Counted from the stretch's first letter, positions 1-11,994 are shown. The stretch is DNA of 64,000 nucleotides from Candidatus Poribacteria bacterium (GCA_965222225.1 CBDCTK010000002.1:4480001-4544000), one strand, 5' to 3'. Made by a program: numbers and translations. Notes: generated by a model not told the origin, from the sequence alone.

Positions 1-1
1 A

Positions 2-499
2 GCAGCGGCTAACAAAGATGGCATTTCTAGCGCCATGCTTTATCTGCTCATCTACTGCGTGATGAATATCGGCGCTTTCGCCGCTGTTATCCTTGCAAGA
101 ACCGAAGATGGCGAAAATCTCAAGATCGCCGATTATGCCGGTCTCGGGTACCGGAAACCGCTACTCGCGTTGTTTATGACCATCATGTTACTGTCTCTTG
201 CAGGATTTCCACCTACGGCCGGTTTCGTCGGGAAGTTCTACGTCTTCCGATCTGCCGTGGATGCGGGCCAAATTTGGTTAGTCGTCATCGCGGCGATTAA
301 CACCGCAATTTCAGCGTTTTATTACCTTCGCGTTGTTGTGACGATGTATATGAAGGAGCCTGAAGAAGAGCTTGACTTTCACGCCTACCCAAAATTATTA
401 GTATTTGCGCTGTTGATTATTACAATCGGCGTTGTTCTGATTGGGGTTTTGCCGTCGTATTTCTTGGGGCCAGCTCAAATCAGCACGCAATTCTTCTAG
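2..499 (+). CDS. nuoN: NADH-quinone oxidoreductase subunit N, 5'-partial
   Basis: Hydrophobic protein with SLAGFPPTAGFVGKF and ISAFYYLRVV motifs; the frame is open to the window edge. Confidence 0.9.
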   Translation, partial: AAANKDGISSAMLYLLIYCVMNIGAFAAVILARTEDGENLKIADYAGLGYRKPLLALFMTIMLLSLAGFPPTAGFVGKFYVFRSAVDAGQIWLVVIAAINTAISAFYYLRVVVTMYMKEPEEELDFHAYPKLLVFALLIITIGVVLIGVLPSYFLGPAQISTQFF

Positions 500-545
500 A
501 CTTGTACTTACGTAGAGATGCAGACTCTAGGGCGCGGATTCATAT

Positions 546-842
546 GTGGCAGAAGAACCAATGATGGCTAGACTTAAGCGGAGTCCGGAGGCGTGGAACA
601 GTTTTGACCTAGCGTCAATCGGCATCACCCTTGTGCTTGCAATTGGCATGGGATCGGGGTTGGGTTGGTGGATCGGCGGAAAAGTGGGCAACCAAAAGGT
701 CGGTCTAATCATCGGCTTTGTCATAGGAACCGCAGCGGGATTCATAGAGATGTTTCGTGCCGTGTCTCGCTGGAATCGGCGGATGGAAGAACAGGATCGA
801 GCGAATCGAACCCGCCAAGATGACAAAGGGAAGGATTCATAG
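546..842 (+). CDS. AtpZ/AtpI-family small membrane protein
   Basis: Two Gly-rich TM helices (GxGLGWWIG...GLIIGFVIGTAAGF); first gene of the atp operon. Confidence 0.75.
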   Translation: MAEEPMMARLKRSPEAWNSFDLASIGITLVLAIGMGSGLGWWIGGKVGNQKVGLIIGFVIGTAAGFIEMFRAVSRWNRRMEEQDRANRTRQDDKGKDS

Positions 843-843
843 G

Positions 844-1263
844 GTGAGTTCTCAATCGCCTTTCGAAGTAGATGGCAACTTCCTGCGCCAAGTCTACCGC
901 TTGACGGTTGTGTTGGCAGTCATTGGTACGGTTATTCTCGGGGCAGTTTGCGGTACGCCGGAGGGGTTGAGTTTCGCTATTGGCGGTTTTCTCAGTTTAA
1001 GCGCGATTTTGTCATTAGAGTTTGTCGTCCGTCGGTTGGTTAAGCCCGGCGGTCCGTCGCGAGCCAAACGTTGGATCGGGTTCATTTTATTGGGAAAATA
1101 CACGGTGATTTTTGGCGGTTTTTATCTGTTGATGAAGGCAGATTGGCTAAACGTCTATGCCCTTGCAGCCGGGATCGGCGTAGTGCAAATCGTGATAATC
1201 CTTAAAGCCATCAAACTTATGACAGGAATTCTATTCAGCAACAAAACAACCAAAGATACTTGA
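844..1263 (+). CDS. atpI: ATP synthase protein I (UncI-like)
   Basis: Four-TM protein directly upstream of atpB; likely GTG start at 844, just after the previous stop. Confidence 0.7.
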   Translation: MSSQSPFEVDGNFLRQVYRLTVVLAVIGTVILGAVCGTPEGLSFAIGGFLSLSAILSLEFVVRRLVKPGGPSRAKRWIGFILLGKYTVIFGGFYLLMKADWLNVYALAAGIGVVQIVIILKAIKLMTGILFSNKTTKDT

Positions 1264-1273
1264 TAACATTGAA

Positions 1274-2179
1274 ATGAAAAAAAACTGTTTTCTTTTAACC
1301 GTTTTGGTTCTCATTCTGGTTGGAGTTGGTTTCGACTTTGGATTCGCGGCTGAAGATGCTCATGACTCCTCGCACGACACCCACGGCGAGAGTGAACATG
1401 GCGGCGGCGGTGCACATCCCCACTATTCCTGGCTGCATCCGTTGTCTAGAATTTTGCCGGACGAAATTATCCCGGAACCCCTCCGTTGGCAACAGCCTGA
1501 TTTGATCCCAAACGCTTATTTCGTGGTGGTGGTTATCGCCATCCTTTTCATCTTTGGGACACGAAAGATGAAACGACTCCCCGAAGGCAAGGGACAAGCA
1601 CTGCTAGAGCTATTTGTTGGCGGGTTGATAGACTTCTTCGGCGGGATTCTGGGCGAACACGGGAAAAAATATGTTCCATTTGTGGGATCCTACTTTATCT
1701 TCATCCTTTTTCTAAACTATCTTGGCCTGATTCCTGGCTTTCAGTCTCCGACAGCGGATTTGAACACAACGCTCGCGCTCGGCATTACCGCGTTAATCGG
1801 TGTTCATATCATTGCTGTCAAGGAGAATGGCGTCGTTGGCTATCTGAAACACTTTGTTGGCGATCCGTGGTGGCTCGGGCCTTTAATGCTTCCACTACAC
1901 ATCATCGGAGAGATTGCACGCGCCGGGTCGCTGGCTATCCGCCTCTTTGGAAACATCTTCGGCGAGGAATCAGTCATCATCAATCTGACCCTTTTAGGGC
2001 TTGCAATTCCAGCCATTGGCGGCATGATACCTTGGGTGCCGATTCAGGTGCCCATGCTGTTTTTTGGGCTATTTGGCGGGTTCTTGCAAGCGCTTGTGTT
2101 CTCGATGTTGACATCAATCTACATCGTTACGTTCCTTGAGCATCATGACGAAGAGCATGGTGCGGAGGCACATCACTAA
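1274..2179 (+). CDS. atpB: F0 subunit a
   Basis: PTADLNTT and SLAIRLFGNIFGEE (essential Arg), LQALVF; signal-peptide-like N-terminus and His-rich ends. Confidence 0.95.
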   Translation: MKKNCFLLTVLVLILVGVGFDFGFAAEDAHDSSHDTHGESEHGGGGAHPHYSWLHPLSRILPDEIIPEPLRWQQPDLIPNAYFVVVVIAILFIFGTRKMKRLPEGKGQALLELFVGGLIDFFGGILGEHGKKYVPFVGSYFIFILFLNYLGLIPGFQSPTADLNTTLALGITALIGVHIIAVKENGVVGYLKHFVGDPWWLGPLMLPLHIIGEIARAGSLAIRLFGNIFGEESVIINLTLLGLAIPAIGGMIPWVPIQVPMLFFGLFGGFLQALVFSMLTSIYIVTFLEHHDEEHGAEAHH

Positions 2180-2264
2180 CTAGTGAACGACTATTTTCGT
2201 TCGTTCACACTGTTTTTCAGTGTTTTAATTTCGGTAGTATTTAATAATCAAAGGAGGAAATTCA

Positions 2265-2582
2265 ATGATTTATCTTGCAGTTTTAGCTTTCGGGGTGGCG
2301 CTCGGTTTGCCGATTGCGGTTATTGCGGCATCGACCGCACAGGGAAAGGCAACGAGTACCGCTCTTGAAGGTATTGCACGTCAGCCCGAGGCTGCACCCA
2401 GGATTCAGACGGCGATGATTATCGGTTTGGCTCTTATTGAGTCACTCGTCATCTATTCGCTGCTGATCTTTTTCCTGCTGATGGGAAAACTCCCGGACGT
2501 TACGCCGGCTGAAGGTGAAAAGATCAGCCCGCTTGAAAAGATAATGCAAGCCGCGTCGGCTGAAGAAGATCGCAATCATTAG
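2265..2582 (+). CDS. atpE: F0 subunit c with C-terminal extension
   Basis: GIARQPEA loop, LIESLVIY ion-binding Glu; RBS AGGAGG upstream. Confidence 0.95.
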   Translation: MIYLAVLAFGVALGLPIAVIAASTAQGKATSTALEGIARQPEAAPRIQTAMIIGLALIESLVIYSLLIFFLLMGKLPDVTPAEGEKISPLEKIMQAASAEEDRNH

Positions 2583-2664
2583 AAGAATAATAAAGCATGA
2601 AACGTACGGCGCGATCGTAGTGGTCGCGCGCTATGTTTCAGCGTTGACAACATTACGAGTCATC

Positions 2665-3264
2665 ATGAAAAGATATAGATATTTAGTCTTATTAATCTGT
2701 ATTAACACATTGATATCAGTCCCGTGTGCGCTTGCTGCTGGCGACGGTTCCGGAGGTGGCGGGCTAATGGGCGCTATCGGACTCGACCCCAAGACAATCA
2801 TCCTTCAAGCACTGGGCTTTCTTATTGTTCTGCTTGTGCTCTGGAAATTCGTCTTTGGTCGCGTTGGCGGATTGTTGGAAGAACGACAGAACGAGATAAC
2901 TTCACGCATGGAAAAGCTGGAGACGGACCAACAGGAGTTGGATCGGTTGAACGCCGAAACTCGCCAACGGCTGAATGAGATTGAGGCAGAGGGACAAGCC
3001 AAGATTCAAGCTGCAATCAATGAAGGTAATGTCGAGAGGCAGCGTATTCTTGACCGGGCGCGTCAAGAAGTGTCCGCCGAACTTGAAAAGGCACGCGCGG
3101 AAATCCAGCGCGAAAAAGATGAAGCGATCCTTGAGTTGCGAGGAACCGTCGCGGAAGTAGCGATTGATGCGGCGAGCAAGATTATCGATCAAGCACTTGA
3201 TGCGGAAAAACATCAGCACATCATTGATGAGTCAATTCGCCGCCTGCCTGCCCAAGGCGCTTGA
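2665..3264 (+). CDS. atpF: F0 subunit b
   Basis: TM segment followed by long coiled coil, VAEVAIDAASKII; position in the operon. Confidence 0.92.
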   Translation: MKRYRYLVLLICINTLISVPCALAAGDGSGGGGLMGAIGLDPKTIILQALGFLIVLLVLWKFVFGRVGGLLEERQNEITSRMEKLETDQQELDRLNAETRQRLNEIEAEGQAKIQAAINEGNVERQRILDRARQEVSAELEKARAEIQREKDEAILELRGTVAEVAIDAASKIIDQALDAEKHQHIIDESIRRLPAQGA

Positions 3265-3407
3265 TGCCTTGGAACTTCCGCACAGGAGTTGAAACACGAA
3301 ATTACAGGAAAGCCGTAGGGAAGATACTGCGCGCTATCAAACTGTAGGCACAACAACCCTTACGTAAGGTCTTTTCGCAATCCATTAGTGATCGGAGAGT
3401 ATACCCG

Positions 3408-3947
3408 ATGAGAGATATTCGCATTGCCAAACCATACGCGCAAGCGTTGTACGATGCGGCGGCAGAGCAGGCTGCTTTGAGTCGCATCGTAGGGGATGCC
3501 AACCAAATCATAAGCCTAGCACAAGAATCAGAAGATTTCGAAGGGTTCCTGAGCAATCCGATTCTGTCGCCACAATTCAAGAGTGAGATGTTCCAACAAC
3601 TCCTGTCCGAAGCCGTCCAACCGCTCACACTGAACTTTCTGCTACTTCTGGCATCGAAACAACGCGAGAGATTCCTAGTAGCAATCTTACAGACATTTCT
3701 CAAGCTTGTGGATTTGAAAGCAGGACGTCTCGTCGCGCAGGTGACATCCGCCGTGACGCTCAGCGATGCACAACAAGCCAGTCTTGTTCAACAGCTAAGC
3801 GATTATTCTGGCGCCGAAGTGAGACTCGAGTTAAGTGAAGATACTGCAATCAAGGGCGGCATCATTGTGCGGTTGGGAGACACGGTATTTGATGGAAGCG
3901 TCACGACGCAGTTGCAACGGCTGAGATTGCTGCTTGCAAGGGGTTAG
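3408..3947 (+). CDS. atpH: F1 subunit delta
   Basis: IAKPYAQAL N-terminus, IKGGIIVRLGDTVFDGSV C-terminus. Confidence 0.95.
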   Translation: MRDIRIAKPYAQALYDAAAEQAALSRIVGDANQIISLAQESEDFEGFLSNPILSPQFKSEMFQQLLSEAVQPLTLNFLLLLASKQRERFLVAILQTFLKLVDLKAGRLVAQVTSAVTLSDAQQASLVQQLSDYSGAEVRLELSEDTAIKGGIIVRLGDTVFDGSVTTQLQRLRLLLARG

Positions 3948-3998
3948 ACCGGAAAGCAGCAATTAAGGCTTGCTGTCGAATGAGGGAGAAAATAGCAT

Positions 3999-5522
3999 AT
4001 GGCAAGAGAAGTTAGACCCGATGAAGTTTCAAATATTCTAAAACAACAACTGCTGCAATTCAATCAACAAGTAGACGTTTACGATTCTGGAACAGTCCTG
4101 GATGTTGGTGACGGAATTGCTCGCGTGCATGGGCTTGCCAATGTCATGGCGAGTGAGATGATTGAATTCCCGAACGACGTATTCGGCATGGCTTTCAACT
4201 TGGAGGAAGACAACGTCGGCTGCGTGCTTTTCGGCGAAGATAGGTTGATTCACGAAGGCGACATCGCCAAACGGACCAATCGACTGCTTGAGGTTCCCGT
4301 CGGTGAGGAGTTGCTCGGGCGGGTCGTTAATGCGCTTGGTCAACCCATCGACGGCAAGGGAGAAATCGGTACCAGCGAGACACTTCCTGCCGAGCGAAAA
4401 GGTTTGGGCATTGTCCAACGTCAGCCCGTGCGCGAGCCGCTGTACACCGGTTTGAAAGCAATCGACAGCATAACCGCAATTGGGCGTGGACAGCGTGAGT
4501 TGATCATTGGTGACCGTCAAACGGGCAAAACCGCCATTCCCATTGACACGATAATTAACCAGAAAAACACGGACGTGTTCTGCATCTACGTGGCTGTGGG
4601 ACAGAAGGGATCGACGGTTGCACAGGTTGTGAACACGCTTGAGCAGCACGGCGCAATGGAGTACACCATTGTTATTTCGGCGCCGGCTAGTGAGCCGTCT
4701 CCGCTCCAATATCTTGCGCCCTATACAGGTACGTCAATGGGAGAATACTTCCGTGACAAGGGACAACATGCCTTGATTATCTATGATGACCTCACCAAAC
4801 ACGCGTGGGCGTATCGGCAGATGTCCTTGCTCTCGCGTCGACCGCCGGGTCGCGAAGCCTACCCTGGTGATGTCTTCTACCTCCACTCAAGATTACTGGA
4901 ACGTTCGGCTAAACTCAGTGACGAGTTAGGCGCCGGTTCGCTGACTTCATTGCCAATCATTGAGATTTTTGAGGGAGACCTGACGACATACATTCCAACC
5001 AATGTAATCTCAATCACTGATGGACAGATTTATCTGACATCTGAACTGTTTAATCAGGGTGTGCGACCGGCTATTGATGTCGGTACATCGGTGTCCCGGG
5101 TCGGCGGCGATGCGCAGACCAAAGCCATGAAGGCTGATGAGGTGGCAGGTTCGCTCAAGCTGGATTTAGCCAGTTTCCGTGAAGTTGCCGCATTTGCGCA
5201 GTTTGGTTCCGATCTTGACGCATCCACACAAGCGCAACTCCGCCGTGGAGAACGGTTGGTGGAGTTACTTAAGCAGCCGCAATACGCGCCCATGCCAGTC
5301 GAGAAGGAGATAGTCTCAATCTTCTGCGGATCGACGGGGTATCTGGACGACGTTGAAGTGGCGGATGTTTCGAGATTTGAATCTGAATTTCTTGCCTACA
5401 TGGACAGGAATCATGAAGCATTCCTAAAGGAGATTGCAGAGACAGGTGTTCTGAGCGATGAGCTTATTGGTAGTCTTCACGAAGCGGTTAAAAGTTTCAA
5501 GGCACAGTTCAAGAGTGAATGA
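3999..5522 (+). CDS. atpA: F1 subunit alpha
   Basis: GDRQTGKT Walker [24 protein letters not shown]. Confidence 0.98.
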   Translation: MAREVRPDEVSNILKQQLLQFNQQVDVYDSGTVLDVGDGIARVHGLANVMASEMIEFPNDVFGMAFNLEEDNVGCVLFGEDRLIHEGDIAKRTNRLLEVPVGEELLGRVVNALGQPIDGKGEIGTSETLPAERKGLGIVQRQPVREPLYTGLKAIDSITAIGRGQRELIIGDRQTGKTAIPIDTIINQKNTDVFCIYVAVGQKGSTVAQVVNTLEQHGAMEYTIVISAPASEPSPLQYLAPYTGTSMGEYFRDKGQHALIIYDDLTKHAWAYRQMSLLSRRPPGREAYPGDVFYLHSRLLERSAKLSDELGAGSLTSLPIIEIFEGDLTTYIPTNVISITDGQIYLTSELFNQGVRPAIDVGTSVSRVGGDAQTKAMKADEVAGSLKLDLASFREVAAFAQFGSDLDASTQAQLRRGERLVELLKQPQYAPMPVEKEIVSIFCGSTGYLDDVEVADVSRFESEFLAYMDRNHEAFLKEIAETGVLSDELIGSLHEAVKSFKAQFKSE

Positions 5523-5539
5523 AACGTGGAGGTGACGAG

Positions 5540-5743
5540 GTGAAGCAAAAGATTATTCTCCACGAAGCGGAAGAGGACGGATATTGGGCAGAGGTGCCTT
5601 CAATTGAGGGGTGCGTGAGTCAAGGAGAAACACTTGGCGCCTTGATTGAGAACATCTCTGAAGCGGTGGAGGGCTGTTTATCTGTGGAAATCAGTGACCT
5701 TGATATCGGCGAAAGAGATACAGTCATGGAAATAGCCGTTTGA
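5540..5743 (+). CDS. hicB: HicB-family antitoxin
   Basis: GYWAEVPSIEGCVSQGET motif; GTG start after GGAGG. Confidence 0.85.
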   Translation: MKQKIILHEAEEDGYWAEVPSIEGCVSQGETLGALIENISEAVEGCLSVEISDLDIGERDTVMEIAV

Positions 5744-5945
5744 AATCCCTAACGGTTAAAGAGTTTTGCCGCTTGCTGGATAAGTGGGGTTGGGAGTTAA
5801 AACGGATTAAGGGTAGTCATTACATTTTCGCCAAGAGGGAGTTACTATCCGAATCTCGGTTCCAGTTCACGTGAATAAAACTCTCAAGCAAGGCTTGCAG
5901 CGGCATCTTATGAAAATAGCCGGTATTGAAGAAAATGAGCTCTAA
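5740..5945 (+). pseudogene. hicA: HicA-family toxin, frameshifted near 5835
   Basis: MKSLTVKEFCRLLDKWGWELKRIKGSHYIFAK continues in another frame as EGVTIRISVPVHVNKTLKQGLQRHLMKIAGI; TTG start overlaps the hicB stop. Confidence 0.8.
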
Positions 5946-5966
5946 AGGGATGTCCAGAGGATTGCC

Positions 5967-6833
5967 ATGGCAACATTACGAGAAATCAGACGGCGTATCG
6001 CAAGTGTTGAGAATATCAAGCAAGTAACAGAAGCGATGCGGGTGGTTGCAGCGGCGAGGCTACGCCGCGCCCAAGAAAACATCTTGGCGACGCGACCGTT
6101 CGCGGAGAAGTTTAACGCGATTTTAAGCCACTTGATTGCGCAGATTGAAAATCCAACCCATCCGTTGCTGGAAAATCGAGAATTAAAAAACGTCTGTCTC
6201 GTTTCTATCAGCGCCGATCGGGGGTTGTGTGGAAGTTTCAACAGCAATGTGATACGGGCGACGGCGGAAAGAGCAAAACATTATCAAGATGGTGGCGCTG
6301 CTGTAAAAATCATCTGCGTGGGCAGGCGCACTCGAGACTACTTTGTGCGGCGGGACTATGAGGTCATTGCCGAATATGCCAACATATTTAGAGACCTTAA
6401 ATTTGAATCAGCAGTTGACATTGTTCATGAATTTGAGCATCTTTATTCTGAACTGCAGATTGACAAAGTAGAGGTGATCTACAATAACTTCAAATCCGCA
6501 ATACTACAGACAGTTCTCGTTGAGCAGTTATTGCCCCTTACCCCCGAAGCCCCAACGGGTGACGAACTCTTTCTTGACTATCTGTATGAGCCAGGACAGG
6601 AGGAAATCTTCGAGTCTGTATTGGCGAAACACCTGAATATGCAGATGTGGAAGGTTCTGCTGGATTCCAACGCCGCGGAGCAGGCGGCACGGATGGCAGC
6701 AATGGAAAACGCAACACGAAATGCCAAAGATTTAATTGACGAATTGATTCTACAGCGCAACCGCGCTCGACAAACCCAGATTACGACGGAAATCTCCGAG
6801 ATTGTGAGTGGAGCAGCGGCTTTGGAGGGTTAG
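5967..6833 (+). CDS. atpG: F1 subunit gamma
   Basis: ADRGLCGSFN, EQAARMAAMENAT, RQTQITTEISEIVSGA. Confidence 0.97.
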   Translation: MATLREIRRRIASVENIKQVTEAMRVVAAARLRRAQENILATRPFAEKFNAILSHLIAQIENPTHPLLENRELKNVCLVSISADRGLCGSFNSNVIRATAERAKHYQDGGAAVKIICVGRRTRDYFVRRDYEVIAEYANIFRDLKFESAVDIVHEFEHLYSELQIDKVEVIYNNFKSAILQTVLVEQLLPLTPEAPTGDELFLDYLYEPGQEEIFESVLAKHLNMQMWKVLLDSNAAEQAARMAAMENATRNAKDLIDELILQRNRARQTQITTEISEIVSGAAALEG

Positions 6834-6846
6834 AGTCATAGTTGTG

Positions 6847-8459
6847 TTGAAATTGTTTTTCTATTCTTCCATTGTTCTGTCGTTCTTGGGTGTCGGGTGC
6901 TTGTCCGCGTTTGGTCACGGTGATGAATCGACTCTGTTGGAGGATGTCAACAACGACGGTGTGGTGAACATTCTAGACTTGGTCATCGTGGCTAACGCCT
7001 TTGGACAGCCTGTGGATCGGAATTCCGAGCAGAATCCGGGTGTGAATCGTGACGGCAGCGTTAATATTCCCGACCTTGTTCGAGTTGCCAACCGCTTGGG
7101 CGAAACCGCAGGGATTGATAACTCTACCTATCACGATATTCAGGATTATGTATTCAATAGGAGTTGCGCAACGAGTTACTGTCACGCAGCGCCTACTAAC
7201 GCCGGCAATCTAAACCTCACAAGCAGTGTTTCCTATCAAGATTTGGTTGGGCGCGTTCCGCAAAACCTCGCTGCAGCGTCGGCAGGGATGAAGCGAATTA
7301 ATCCGGGCAATCCGGAAACAGTTTTCTGTTGACTAAGCTGGTAGGTCCCACAACTCCGGCACAAGGAGGGCGTATGCCGTTGGCTGCGGGACCGCTCCAT
7401 AGTGGAAAGATAGATGCAATTCGGAAGTGGATTGCTGCGGGGGCATCTCGGAATGATAAACTTACCGGTATCGGCGATCTCAGCTTGCTGCGCGATCCGC
7501 TTCAAACTTTCGAGCCGCCGCCGGCACCGCTGCCGGGCGAAGGATATCAGCTCCATTTACCGCCCTTCATTATTGAACCCGGTACAGAGCGGGAAGTCTT
7601 CTACGCCAGGCAAATCACCGACGCAATGGGACAGCCTTTGCAGGAGGATATATTCGTCAATAAATATGAAATTGTCTATCCGGCTGGCAGCCATCATTTC
7701 ATACTGTATCGGATTACAGATAAGGGATTAGAAGATGAGATACTCAACGTCGGTGTGACGCCGGGGGTTGGCGTAAATCCCGAAGACTCATTCCGAGTGT
7801 TAGATCCTGTGAATCCACAGGCACTCGGTAACTTTGGGGTGCATCGCGTTTACATTACGGGCACACAGATCGGCGAAAAAACCGTTTATCAATTTCCTGA
7901 AGGTGTGGCTCTTCAGCTCGCAGGCGACACGATATACGACCTGAACGCCCATTTCGTGAATTTGTTGGGTACCGAAGCGATAGAGGGAGAGGTTTACGTC
8001 AATCTCTACACCATTCCACCGGAGCAAGTTGAGCATGAAGCGGTCAAGCTTTTCTCCGCCAACACCGACATTTTCGTTCCATCGGGAACAACGCGCGTGG
8101 CGAAGAGGGAGGAAACCGTAAGGGAGGAGATTGAGCGGCGTGGTTACGATCCGAGCACAGGGTTGAACCTCGTCATGGTTACGTCACACATGCACCGGCA
8201 TGGCGAGTTGTTTGAGATTTTTCAGATGTCGACGGGGAGTTTGCTCCACCGAAGTGTCGCTTACGACGATGCGCCAATCACGGTGTTTGATCCGCCGTTG
8301 GTTCTTGACGCAAACGATGGCCTCACCTACGAGTGCACTCATAACAACTATGACAGAAATGTTCCGCTCACTTTCGGATTCACGTCCGAAGACGAGATGG
8401 CGATAATCATGGGCTACTACTATCCTACAACCGAAAGTGTTGATACCTCAAGCGAGTGA
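6847..8459 (+). pseudogene. Secreted dockerin + c-type heme + copper monooxygenase (PHM-like) protein, split by a 1-nt frameshift near 7317
   Basis: DVNNDGVVNILDLV repeats, CATSYCH, then SHHFILY, SHMHRHG, DEM; adding one A at 7316-7318 restores PENSFLLTKL across ORFs 6808-7332 and 7329-8459. Confidence 0.7.
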
Positions 8460-8576
8460 GAGGACGATTCCGAATATCGTAATGCCAAAGCATATTACGC
8501 AGGTTTCAATACAAAAATTCATCTTCCGTATGGACTGGGAAGAATGGAGACTATGCCCGTATTTTTTGCACATGGA

Positions 8577-8749
8577 GAATCTCTATCGCACTCGTTATTC
8601 ACTTGATTGATCGCCGCCGGGGCTTTTGGAGAGGTTGGTAAGAGCTCTATGGGATTTCTATCGCGGTCACTATCCGTTCCCTTGATCGTTATCCACTCGT
8701 TTGATCGCAGTGCGCACCCTACAAATGTACTTTTCAAATAGGCTCTTAA
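8577..8749 (-). repeat. Partial inverted MITE-A copy carrying a REP hairpin and three 36-nt units
   Basis: Reverse complement reads TTAAGAGCCTATTTGAAAAGTACATTTGTAGGGTGCGCACTGC..., matching the start of 24962-25213; units at 8577-8612 and 8643-8706 (nested). Confidence 0.8.
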
Positions 8750-8790
8750 CGTTTGATGTACCAGTTCATTTAGTCAAAGGAGGATAACCA

Positions 8791-9594
8791 ATGGTACTTG
8801 GATTAAGAGGTACACTTCTCGCTACTTTGATAGCATTGATTGCTTTGTGTGGTTGTGAGGAGGCCACAAATTTAGTAGTAGACGCGCTGTCGCCCGAGGA
8901 CCCGGTGATGGAGCCGATGCCCGTTGAAGAAACTACCATGGAGGACGACACTCCGGAACCCGATACGGAGACCGTACCTGTCAAATTGGTGTGGCTAGTC
9001 GACTATCCGGTGGGCGGGAAGGAAGATTATATCGCATGGGTCGCGTCCGTTGCACATATACTGCTAGCGCCAGAAGAACTCAAACGGGTAGCGTCTTACG
9101 ACAATCTTGATGGTTCCAATCCACACCGACTCGTTGAATTTGAATTTGATAGTTTTGCGGATGTCATGACGTACCTGAACCGTCCCGATGTCGCTGAGAT
9201 CTTTGCTGCGTTGCCAAACCATAGCACTAAGGCAAGTACGCATGTGTTCGTTCAGCGTGGTGATTACGCAAAAAACGAGACTACCACGCGAAACGTTAAA
9301 ACCGTCTACTTCGTAGACTATCCGCTTGGAGGCAAAGCGGAGTATTTGGAATGGATTGCGTCGATTGCGCCGATGCTACAGGCTCCTGAAGAGGTAAAGC
9401 GGATAGCATCTTACGACAACTACTATGGAGTGTCTCCACACCGGTTTGTTGAGTTCGAGTTTGATAGCTACGAAGATGCCAATTCGTACCAAGAGCTTGC
9501 AGACGTACAGGACGTTAATGCAGAGTTACCCAATCGAAGCAGTCGCACGTCTGTCCTAACCTTTGAGTTGCGATCCGATTACGTCAACGAATAG
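8791..9594 (+). CDS. Lipoprotein with two tandem alpha/beta-barrel-like (EthD/DUF1330-like) repeats
   Basis: Lipobox LCGC; VDYPxGGKxxYxxWxASxA...APEExKRxASYDN...PHRxVEFEFDS occurs twice. Confidence 0.7.
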   Translation: MVLGLRGTLLATLIALIALCGCEEATNLVVDALSPEDPVMEPMPVEETTMEDDTPEPDTETVPVKLVWLVDYPVGGKEDYIAWVASVAHILLAPEELKRVASYDNLDGSNPHRLVEFEFDSFADVMTYLNRPDVAEIFAALPNHSTKASTHVFVQRGDYAKNETTTRNVKTVYFVDYPLGGKAEYLEWIASIAPMLQAPEEVKRIASYDNYYGVSPHRFVEFEFDSYEDANSYQELADVQDVNAELPNRSSRTSVLTFELRSDYVNE

Positions 9595-9693
9595 TCGAGG
9601 GCGTTGTCATTACGACGCAGCCATGAATTAAGGAGAGGTGTTGGAAGCTGATGGTCGGGTTAGTGTCTACAGCGCACGAGCAGGAGGCGACTT

Positions 9694-10092
9694 ATGAGCA
9701 CATTGAAACCGATTGTCATCAATCAAACGGAACAGTCGTGGGAGGGATGGGATGACGCAGAAATCGCAGCCAAGAGTGCGATTCGCTGGAAAATCCTTAT
9801 ATCCGGCGAGCGAGGTCCTAGCGCCGGGCTAGTTAACGGCATAGCGGAGTTCCCGGTCGGTACTCGGCTGCCCCTTCACCACCACGAACCCGCGGAGACC
9901 TATTATGTCGTCAGCGGGCAGGGCCACATGGAAATCGACGGTCACGACGCAGACATCGGGCCAGGATCAACCGTCTACATTCCGTCCAACGCCAAACACG
10001 CGGTCCGATGCACTGGAGCTGAACCGTTAGTTTTCATTTTCACGTTCGCATGTGACCGATTCGACAAAATTGTTTACCACTTTGACGAATAG
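9694..10092 (+). CDS. Cupin-2 protein, DddK/DddW DMSP-lyase-like
   Basis: RWKILI...GIAEF...LPLHHHEPAETYYV...VYIPSNAKH...DRF. Confidence 0.7.
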   Translation: MSTLKPIVINQTEQSWEGWDDAEIAAKSAIRWKILISGERGPSAGLVNGIAEFPVGTRLPLHHHEPAETYYVVSGQGHMEIDGHDADIGPGSTVYIPSNAKHAVRCTGAEPLVFIFTFACDRFDKIVYHFDE

Positions 10093-10126
10093 CCGGATTG
10101 TGAAGAGGGCTGTTTGAATAGACATT

Positions 10127-10531
10127 ATGCCCTACAATGTTGAAAAACAGATTCAGGAGGCAATGGAACGGGGCGACTTCGAGAATTTAGCCGGCATGGG
10201 GAAGCAACAAGCGTTGGAAGAAAACCCATTTGTTCCTCGTGACACCCGCATAGTCAATCAGATGCTCAAAGACAACGGATTTGCACCGCGTTGGATTGAG
10301 GTAGACAAGGAGATTCGTGCCGAGAGCGAAGATGCTGAACAGTTGCTTGTAACTATCAGGAAGCGACGTGGGCGCTTGGAATCCGTGGTTCGTGCGCAGC
10401 CACTCAAGCGTTATGTCGTCTATCGCACATTTGAACTTGAACGTAGGCGGGCGCTAGACAGAAGCCAATGTACAACCTTGATACAATGGTTGCCCATTTC
10501 CACAAGGAGTGCCCCAGTCTTTAAGACGTAA
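10127..10531 (+). CDS. DUF1992 (DNAJC28-like) protein, C-terminus possibly frameshifted
   Basis: VEKQIQEAMERGDFENLAGMGK and LKDNGFAPRWIE; an alternative-frame tail PMYNLDTMVAHF suggests a lesion. Confidence 0.65.
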   Translation: MPYNVEKQIQEAMERGDFENLAGMGKQQALEENPFVPRDTRIVNQMLKDNGFAPRWIEVDKEIRAESEDAEQLLVTIRKRRGRLESVVRAQPLKRYVVYRTFELERRRALDRSQCTTLIQWLPISTRSAPVFKT

Positions 10532-10581
10532 AAGAATTCGGAACAAATAACGATATGTACGATTTTAAGAAAGGAAGATAA

Positions 10582-11994
<1,413 letters not shown>

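Noticed and set aside
4038-4709. Long antisense ORFs (also 14048-14572, 16583-17158, 51357-52034)
   Set aside because: Shadows of well-supported genes on the opposite strand
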